Shown in pieces: positions 1-5,539 of a stretch of DNA of 32,000 nt. Position 1 is the stretch's first letter; every line of letters begins with the position of its first letter. The translations under genes and the position numbers were made by a program. Source of the DNA: Caldichromatium japonicum (lineage in GTDB: Bacteria > Pseudomonadota > Gammaproteobacteria > Chromatiales > Chromatiaceae); contig NZ_CP048029.1 of assembly GCF_011290485.1 (NCBI RefSeq), positions 1,253,155-1,285,154 on the forward strand, written 5' to 3'. The notes beneath the pieces were generated by a model. The model worked only from the letters and a program-made list of their open reading frames with translations, was not told the DNA's origin and did no database searches.

Positions 1-336
1 ACGCTTCGCCTGCCTTTCCTTGCGCAGGATCTCGACTTGCATCACCAACTCGCCAATGCGCCAGTTGGCATCATCGCGTTGTTTCTCAACCGGATCGTTC
101 TCGCCTTCCTTGAGCCCTGCATCGATCCCCGCCAGCGCCCGGTCGCGCCACTCCTCCAGCCGGTATATCGGCACCGCCAGCTCACGCAACAGGGCATCCA
201 CCAATTCGCCCCACAGCAGGCGCAGCACGACTTGTTTCTTCCGCCCCGACGACCAGCGCTTGACCTCGCCCGCCGCGCTACGCGCCCCTTCCAGCGCACC
301 CAGCGCAACCCCACCACCCTCACTCTCATTCAGCAT
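1..336 (-). CDS. IS3-family-like transposase OrfA (HTH plus leucine-zipper ORF); 3' end runs off the left edge of the window
   Basis: Not in the ORF track because it has no stop in the window. ATG at 336-334. Manual translation: MLNESEGGGVALGALEGARSAAGEVKRWSSGRKKQVVLRLLWGELVDALLRELAVPIYRLEEWRDRALAGIDAGLKEG..IGELVMQVEILRKERQAKR. The pattern 'R(W)S..RK..VVLRLL.GE....L.RELGV....LE.WRD' followed by a heptad Leu/Val repeat is typical of IS3-type OrfA proteins. Confidence 0.55.
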   Translation of the reverse strand, partial: MLNESEGGGVALGALEGARSAAGEVKRWSSGRKKQVVLRLLWGELVDALLRELAVPIYRLEEWRDRALAGIDAGLKEGENDPVEKQRDDANWRIGELVMQVEILRKERQAKR

Positions 337-384
337 TTCCCGCTCCTTCTTCACACACGTCTATTTACCCCAATTGCGTGTCCA
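337..384 (-). repeat. Putative terminal inverted repeat and leader of the IS3-family element (minus strand from 384: TGGACACGCAATTGGGGTAAATAG...)
   Basis: Begins with TG, as IS3-family ends do. It lies 48 nt upstream of the orfA ATG. The flanking reading frame of the HTH remnant changes character exactly here. The other IS end is outside the window, so the repeat cannot be confirmed. Confidence 0.3.
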
Positions 385-617
385 AAAGAATTGCGGGCAG
401 GGCAAAGGCAGGGTCGGAAATCGGCGCTGGCAAGACGGCAGCCACCCTCGCTGCACATGTCGCCGAGGCCGAGCGCCGCCACATCCTAATTGTGCTCGCC
501 GCCAATAGCGAACGCATCGCAGAGACCGCGGCGCAGCTCGGCATCAGTCGCAAGAATCTCTGGGAGAAGATGAAAAAACACGGCATCCGCGTCACGGATG
601 CCGATTCGCTCAATTGA
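378..617 (+). pseudogene. C-terminal Fis-type HTH remnant of a sigma-54-dependent (NtrC-family) activator; no AAA+ or receiver part upstream
   Basis: TLAAHVAEAERRHILIVLAANSERIAETAAQLGISRKNLWEKMKKHGI matches the HTH_8 C-terminal signature of enhancer-binding proteins. Only about 75 aa remain, and the upstream sequence is IS DNA. Confidence 0.5.
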
Positions 618-664
618 CGACAGGGTCTGTAACGGCAACCGTCTGGCGGTGCCATGCGGCGACG

Positions 665-862
665 TCATTCACCGCGCTTTCCAGCGGCATGCCGGCCTCG
701 ACGCGCTCCATGATCTGGCGCTGCAGGATGGGCCTTGATGAAAGCGTCCTGGAGCAGGTCCGCCGCCTCATCGCTATCACCTAGACGGTGATCGAGATAA
801 CGTTTCAGTTCGGGCGCATGATTCGACCAAGCGCGTAGAAGACAGGGGGGCGTGCCATGCAT
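665..862 (-). pseudogene. ECF sigma-70 factor fragment (region 2 only)
   Basis: From M at 862: ..LLRAWSNHAPELKRYLDHRLGDSDEAADLLQDAFIKA resembles the sigma-70 region 2 N-terminus of ECF sigmas. The frame then degenerates into an Arg/Gly-rich tail. No region 4 is present. Confidence 0.35.
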
Positions 863-989
863 ATTGGACTCCGGTGCATCCAAGAGAGGGGGTCTGGAGC
901 GAGACTCTATAATCCAAATTTGGTCGGCAACGCAAACCCGATTATTTTTGAGGTTTTGAACGCGGCCAGGCACGACTGGCCGATCAATA

Positions 990-1255
990 AAAGAGAGCAC
1001 ACAAAGAGCACACAATTGAAATTGAGTGAGCTGTCCTGATGTCGTGGGCATGGAAAGACGAGACATGAGATTGCTGTCGTTTGCGGCGCGCGAAGAGCGG
1101 CGGCGTCAGGTGGTGAGTTTGCGGCGGCGTAGCTGGAGGTATGAAGCGATAGGCGCGCAGAGGGGATTGTTGGGCGCAGGGGTGTTCGACATCTGCAAAG
1201 GCTATGGGCGCGAAGGGGCCCAAGAGCTCAAGGACAAGCAGGGCGGGCGTAAGTC
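990..1255 (+). mobile_element. IS630-family element, 5' fragment only (copy 1): HTH-coding N-terminus, cut off by the TnpB-tail segment
   Basis: 1016-1095 is identical over 80 nt to 18646-18725. The translation MERRDMRLLSFAAREERRRQVVSLRRRSWRYEAIGAQ..ICKGYGREGAQELKDKQGGRK fits the IS630 N-terminal HTH pattern (LS..ER..V......G....IA......V....K.Y...G...L.DK..GGRK). Confidence 0.6.
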
Positions 1256-1452
1256 AATAATGCCGTGCTCAACCTCAAACGGCTGGCAACCGCAACTGCC
1301 CTACCCGTGGTGAGTCCGTCCGGTAACGGCGGCGCTGCGGCAGAGAGGGTCTCTGCCGTAGTCGGGAAAGTCACACCTTCAGAGACGAATACGATCAGTA
1401 TTCAGGACAGGAAGAGAATTGTATGCAGGTTTGCGCACTTTCTTGAGAGCAG
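1256..1452 (+). mobile_element. Orphan right end of a TnpB (IS200/IS605-type) element: last TnpB codons plus omega-RNA-like scaffold (copy A)
   Basis: 1261-1452 aligns with 15387-15580, with about 20 differences over about 194 positions by manual count. Both copies end at ...CTTGAGAGCAG. The segment encodes NLKRLATATALPV.SPSGNGGA.AERVSAVVGKVTP, the TnpB C-terminal tail. No TnpB body lies upstream. Confidence 0.6.
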
Positions 1453-1453
1453 T

Positions 1454-2203
1454 CTAACGGAACGGTTGGTCAGTATGGGTCGAGCCAAGTTCATCCAGTC
1501 TATGGAGATGGGGATGGCTGTGGTGATGGTCATGGGCATGGGCATGGATTAGGGCCGCGCTTAGCCGCCCATCTTTCAGGCAGAGGGCGCGCCGGACCAA
1601 CTGTCCCAAAAAGCGCCAGTCGTGTGAGACTAAGATCATGGCCTGAGAGAGAGCGGAAAGGTGTGCGATCAGGCGTTCGACTGCCACCCGATCCAGCCCA
1701 TTGGTCGGTTCATCAAGCAGCAGGACCTCAGGGCGCATCGCAAGGACCGACGCCAAGGCCACCAGGCGTTTCTCGCCCGCCGAGAGCCGATCAGCGATCC
1801 GGTCGGCAAAGCCTGTAAGGCTCAATTGCTCTAAGGTCTTGAGCGCGATGCGTCTGGCCTCCGCGGGGGGGTATCCGAGATTCAAAGGGCCGAAGGCCAC
1901 GTCCTCCAAGACGGTCGGACAAAAGAGCTGATCGTCTGAGTCCTGAAACAATAGCCCAACCTTTGCCCGTACCTCATAGAAATCCGCCTCGACCCTGCGC
2001 TCGCGCCCGAAGGCGATCACCCGACCGGCGCTGGGACGCTTGAGGCCTACGATCAGATGCAGCAGGGTGCTCTTGCCGGCGCCATTGTCCCCGACGAGCG
2101 CCAACCGCTCGCCTGCGCCGAGGACAAGATCCAGCCTCCGCAAGACTGGACGTTCGGGATAGCCAAAGCTGATGCCTTGCAGTTCGATCAAAGGTGTATT
2201 CAT
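1454..2203 (-). CDS. nikO: ECF-transporter ATPase component (NikO/CbiO) with a His-rich C-terminal tail
   Basis: Walker A GDNGAGKST, signature LSAGEKRL, Walker B LLLDEPTNGLD. The start MNTPLIELQGISFGY at 2203 overlaps the nikQ stop as ATGA. The tail reads HAHAHDHHHSHPHLH. Confidence 0.85.
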   Translation of the reverse strand: MNTPLIELQGISFGYPERPVLRRLDLVLGAGERLALVGDNGAGKSTLLHLIVGLKRPSAGRVIAFGRERRVEADFYEVRAKVGLLFQDSDDQLFCPTVLEDVAFGPLNLGYPPAEARRIALKTLEQLSLTGFADRIADRLSAGEKRLVALASVLAMRPEVLLLDEPTNGLDRVAVERLIAHLSALSQAMILVSHDWRFLGQLVRRALCLKDGRLSAALIHAHAHDHHHSHPHLHRLDELGSTHTDQPFR

Positions 2204-2979
2204 GGCAGGTGTCTGTCCAGCCAGCACAGGGCGAGGGGTAGGGGTGCGAGTGCGCAGGCCGCTAGTGTGTCCTGTCCTGTCCATCTCAGGGTCGCCAGAC
2301 GATGAAACCGCTCGCGAAACCCGCGACAGCGCATAGCCGCAAGCAGACGCTGGGCGCGGCGGTGGCTCCTAAGCAAGAGCATCCCGATCAGCCAGCCATA
2401 GGTGCGCCAGGTATGGAGATCGGCCCGTGGGACAAAGGCGCGCGCGCGCATCGCCTGCTTCAGGCGCATCAACTCAGTCTGGGTCAGATGGATCTGGCGG
2501 ATACTCAAGAAGAGCAGCAGGCCGAGCCTCTGCGGGACAGCGAGCCCGCCGAGCGCTTGGGCGAGCGCAGCAGGCTCGAGGGTACCGACCAGAGCGGCGA
2601 GCGCGATCAGCGCGGCATGGATCTTGAGAAACAGCAACAGGGCGACCCTAAGGCCCATTTGGCTCAGGCACAGACCATCGAAGGTCAGCGCACAGGGGCC
2701 ATAGGTGCTGAAGGGTAGGGTCAGGATCAAGACAGCCACCAACCCCTCTGCGACCAGGAGACGCCGCATCAGCTCTTGCATGTGCACCCCCGCACCCAGG
2801 GCCAGGCCTAGGGCCAGGACGAGCGCTAGGGCTGCCCCCCACAATGAGCGCAGCCCCATCGTCGCCAGGGCAAACACTAGGGCAGCGATGAGTCGCAGGC
2901 GCGGGTCGCGGCGGGCAAGCCAGCCGCTGGCCATAAGGGGTTGAAGGGAGGCACGGGTCAAGGACGGCGGCAACGCCAC
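2200..2979 (-). CDS. nikQ: ECF-transporter transmembrane T component (NikQ/CbiQ)
   Basis: Polytopic hydrophobic protein: ..RRDPRLRLIAALVFALA.., ..LKQAMRARAF.., ..LLAAMRCRGF. These are typical of CbiQ/EcfT. It sits between the M/L and O components. An alternative start at M16 (2934) is possible. Confidence 0.8.
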   Translation of the reverse strand: MALPPSLTRASLQPLMASGWLARRDPRLRLIAALVFALATMGLRSLWGAALALVLALGLALGAGVHMQELMRRLLVAEGLVAVLILTLPFSTYGPCALTFDGLCLSQMGLRVALLLFLKIHAALIALAALVGTLEPAALAQALGGLAVPQRLGLLLFLSIRQIHLTQTELMRLKQAMRARAFVPRADLHTWRTYGWLIGMLLLRSHRRAQRLLAAMRCRGFRERFHRLATLRWTGQDTLAACALAPLPLALCWLDRHLP

Positions 2980-3563
2980 CAGAGGGCAAGGCCGGTCAGC
3001 CCCAAGATATACCCGATTCCCCCTAGGAGGTCTTGGAGACGGATGCGCTCATCCAGTGCATTGAGCTGCTCGGCAAGCGGCTGGGTCTGACGGGCGAGGG
3101 TTTGGTCGATCAGGGCGATGAGTCCAGGATCGAGTCCTGTTAGCCGAATAGACGGGGCAGGGGAAGGCAAAGGCAATCCGGACATCTCGCTTGTAGGCGG
3201 GGCCGTGCTTGTCTGGCCTGAATCGCCTTCTGCCAACGGGCTGGAGAAGGTGCGCAGTGGGGCGGCATTGAGTGACTGCTCGGCGCGATGGCCGTCAGCG
3301 GTCGTGGCGATGACCTGATAGGTACCAGCTGTCTCGATCCGATAGCCAAAACGCCCCTCAGCATCGGGCGCAAGCTCTGCCAGCAACCGGCCTTCGGCAT
3401 CCCGCAGCTCGATGCGCGCGCCTGAAGCCAGCGCACCGCCTACAAAATAGACCCGCCCCTTGATCCAGTCGCCCTCGATCTGGGCAAAGACCTTGATTCG
3501 ATGTGCCAAGGCAGGGGCGCTGATCAGGAGCAACAGACAGGCGAGCACCCAGAACTTACGCAT
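2958..3563 (-). CDS. nikL: NikL-like accessory protein: signal/anchor, periplasmic beta-rich domain, C-terminal TM anchor
   Basis: Start MRKFWVLACLLLLISAPALA|HRIKVF. The domain reads ..GRVYFVGGALASGARIELRDAEGRLLAELAPDAEGRFGYRIETAGTYQVIATTADGH.. and the C-terminal TM is LLGGIGYILGLTGLALWW. The start overlaps the nikM stop by 8 nt. Position and topology fit NikL of nikKMLQO operons. Confidence 0.6.
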   Translation of the reverse strand: MRKFWVLACLLLLISAPALAHRIKVFAQIEGDWIKGRVYFVGGALASGARIELRDAEGRLLAELAPDAEGRFGYRIETAGTYQVIATTADGHRAEQSLNAAPLRTFSSPLAEGDSGQTSTAPPTSEMSGLPLPSPAPSIRLTGLDPGLIALIDQTLARQTQPLAEQLNALDERIRLQDLLGGIGYILGLTGLALWWRCRRP

Positions 3564-4179
3564 CTGGATGTTCCCTAGGGTGGACCAAGAGTTCAGGGGC
3601 GACCTGCTGCACAAGGCCGAGGATGCTTGCAGTAACGATCCCTTCGATCAGGGCGAGTGGGGCATAGGTCAGGAAGATCAATCGGGCTGCCGGTTGGAAC
3701 AGCTCACCGCTCGCTGCCAGGCTCAAGGCCACCAAGAGACCGGTTAGCAGCACCGCGCAGCAACTGGCGAGAAAACCGATGAAGGATGCGCGCGTCGCAC
3801 CCGCCCCCTTGAGCCTCGGCGCAAGCAGCCAGCCGCATAGCAATGCAGGTACGGCCATATTCAGGGTATTGACCCCAAGGCTCCAGAGACCACCGAAACC
3901 GAAAAAGACGGCCTGTAATGCCAAGGCGACCAGGATGGCCGGTACCGCTGTCCAACCGAGGATGAGGCCCATCAGCCCATTGAGCAGCGGATGGATACTG
4001 GTCGGACCTAGGGGAAGATGGATCAGCGAGGCTACAAAAAAGGTCGAGGTCAAGACAGCCGCTGCTGGCAGATGCTCATCCTGCAGGCGGCGCAAGGCGA
4101 CCGCGGTCAAGCCTGCGCTCGCCAGAGCACCTGCGATCAAGACCGGCGCGCCAAGCACGCCATCCGGGATATGAGCCAC
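3556..4179 (-). CDS. nikM: ECF-transporter substrate-specific S component (NikM/CbiM)
   Basis: Conserved N-terminal motif (M)AHIPDGVL and multiple TM segments. I place the start at GTG 4179-4177, 22 nt after the nikK stop and preceded by GGAAG. The longest ORF (ATG 4242) would overlap nikK by 41 nt and bury the N-terminal His motif. Confidence 0.8.
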   Translation of the reverse strand: MAHIPDGVLGAPVLIAGALASAGLTAVALRRLQDEHLPAAAVLTSTFFVASLIHLPLGPTSIHPLLNGLMGLILGWTAVPAILVALALQAVFFGFGGLWSLGVNTLNMAVPALLCGWLLAPRLKGAGATRASFIGFLASCCAVLLTGLLVALSLAASGELFQPAARLIFLTYAPLALIEGIVTASILGLVQQVAPELLVHPREHPDA

Positions 4180-4201
4180 CTTTTGCTTTGCTTCCCAGGT
4201 A

Positions 4202-4972
4202 TTATTGCATGTCTCGGGTATGGACCCAGATGAGTCCGCCAAGCTCCACCGGCACCTTTTGGCCCTCTGGGCCTTTCATCGGCTGCTCACCTTCGACCAA
4301 GGCCGCAAACCCCCACCAGCCAGCACGTGGCATAGCATAGGCGAAGACCCCTTGGGCATCGGTCTTAATGACCTGGGTGATGAAGGCGTCGGCGGGCGGT
4401 TTGAGCGAGCCGTCGTTACGCCACTCGACCTCGACCGTGGCAAAGGGGACGGGCTGGCCCTTGTATTTGACGAGACCGCGGAAGAGATTACCTGTCCACA
4501 GACCATAGGGCCGGGTCAAGGGGATGATCTCGACCGTAGACTCGACCGGGGCGTCCCAGGACTCACCCCCGCCAAAGCCATCGACCACCACCTTGGTATA
4601 ATGCACGATCATCCGGCCCTCGCCCGCCTCCCAATAGGGGGCAGGCTCAAGATAAAAGATGTAATCGCCGGGCGCTTTCAGTCGGTAGCTTGCGCGATAG
4701 GCTGGCTGGTTGTCCTGCAAGCGCTGGATGAGTGAGGGACGCAGGTCCTCGCGCCCCTGCGGACCCAAGACACCAAATTGCACCGGTTCACCCATCGGCA
4801 TGGCGGGGCCGCGCTCCATCGGATGTGTGAAGGTCAGGTCCAGGGTGATCTCGGTGTCATTGGGGTCGGAGACGATGTCCTTAGAGGGGATCAGCTCCTG
4901 AAAATGGGCTTGGACCGCGAATGAAATGAACAGGAGCAATAAGGGTAGAGGGTAGACCCGGGTCTGGTTCAT
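4202..4972 (-). CDS. nikK: Periplasmic DUF4198/NikK-type component of a nickel/cobalt ECF uptake system
   Basis: Signal peptide MNQTRVYPLPLLLLFISFAVQA|HFQELIPS. The motifs ..LDLTFTHPME.., ..YRLKAPGDYIFYLEP.., ..GQPVPFATVEVEW.. and ..KTDAQGVFAY.. are typical of DUF4198 (COG5266). It is the first gene of the operon. Confidence 0.7.
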   Translation of the reverse strand: MNQTRVYPLPLLLLFISFAVQAHFQELIPSKDIVSDPNDTEITLDLTFTHPMERGPAMPMGEPVQFGVLGPQGREDLRPSLIQRLQDNQPAYRASYRLKAPGDYIFYLEPAPYWEAGEGRMIVHYTKVVVDGFGGGESWDAPVESTVEIIPLTRPYGLWTGNLFRGLVKYKGQPVPFATVEVEWRNDGSLKPPADAFITQVIKTDAQGVFAYAMPRAGWWGFAALVEGEQPMKGPEGQKVPVELGGLIWVHTRDMQ

Positions 4973-4994
4973 GGCGGCTCATTCGACTGAGCTA

Positions 4995-5021
4995 GTGTGA
5001 AAATATATTCTTTCTTCATAT
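4995..5021. promoter_or_regulatory. Candidate NikR-type operator GTGTGA-N15-TCATAT overlapping the -10 region
   Basis: Each half-site is 5/6 identical to the E. coli NikR operator halves (GTATGA-N16-TCATAC). The spacer is 15 nt rather than 16. No nikR gene is in the window. Confidence 0.3.
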
Positions 5022-5033
5022 CCAGCCTGTCAA
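5002..5033 (-). promoter_or_regulatory. Candidate sigma-70 promoter of the nik operon
   Basis: On the minus strand, TTGACA (5033-5028) is followed 17-20 nt later by the AT-rich GAATATATT (5010-5002). This is the only AT-rich patch here. It would leave a leader of roughly 25-30 nt before the nikK ATG (4972). Confidence 0.45.
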
Positions 5034-5114
5034 CACCAAGCCCTCTATCGATGTGTCTATTCGGGTCCAGCGGCCCATAGGTCTTCCTGGGTTTTTGCAT
5101 CCCAGACCATCTCC

Positions 5115-5423
5115 TTATCGCTTGATGGTAAACTGTCGGCGCAGGCGGTCGATCTCGTTGCCTAGTGAGCGCAGTAGCGCGATCTGGTCGCGCAGATAGT
5201 CGATCTCTTCCTGGAGACGCATGGTGCCTTGGGCCTGTTCGCGGCGATTGCGCAGCTCGGCGAGCGCCTCTTGCAGGGCCTTAGCACTTTGGCTGCGCCG
5301 CGTCAAGGGCATGGCCATCCGCGCGCGGTCCAGGCTTGATGTCCCTGCGCTTGAATAGAGGCGATCGAGTCGTTCTCTCAGATCGGTATCGAAATGAACG
5401 CTGTTCTTCGATGGATCGGCCAT
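5115..5423 (-). CDS. Small hypothetical coiled-coil protein (102 aa)
   Basis: MADPSKNSVHFDTDLRERLDRLYSS...ALQEALAELRNRREQAQGTMRLQEEIDYLRDQIALLRSLGNEIDRLRRQFTIKR shows heptad-like Leu/Arg/Glu periodicity. No family was recognised. The start was chosen downstream of the (GCTGTA)x3 repeat. Confidence 0.45.
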   Translation of the reverse strand: MADPSKNSVHFDTDLRERLDRLYSSAGTSSLDRARMAMPLTRRSQSAKALQEALAELRNRREQAQGTMRLQEEIDYLRDQIALLRSLGNEIDRLRRQFTIKR

Positions 5424-5539
5424 TGCATATACTCGCTGTAGCTGTAGCTGTAGCCGAAAAGGAAAGGGCAAGCCCAATGCGTCCCTCTCCACGCCTACCC
5501 TTCCTCGAGAGAAGTCAGGTTGAAATCCGCATCAACCGT

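Noticed and set aside
4973-5114. Possible cobalamin riboswitch upstream of the M/Q/O transporter genes
   Set aside because: The predicted leader is only about 25 nt. I could not see a B12-box-like element or the extended paired structure in the 140-nt upstream region.
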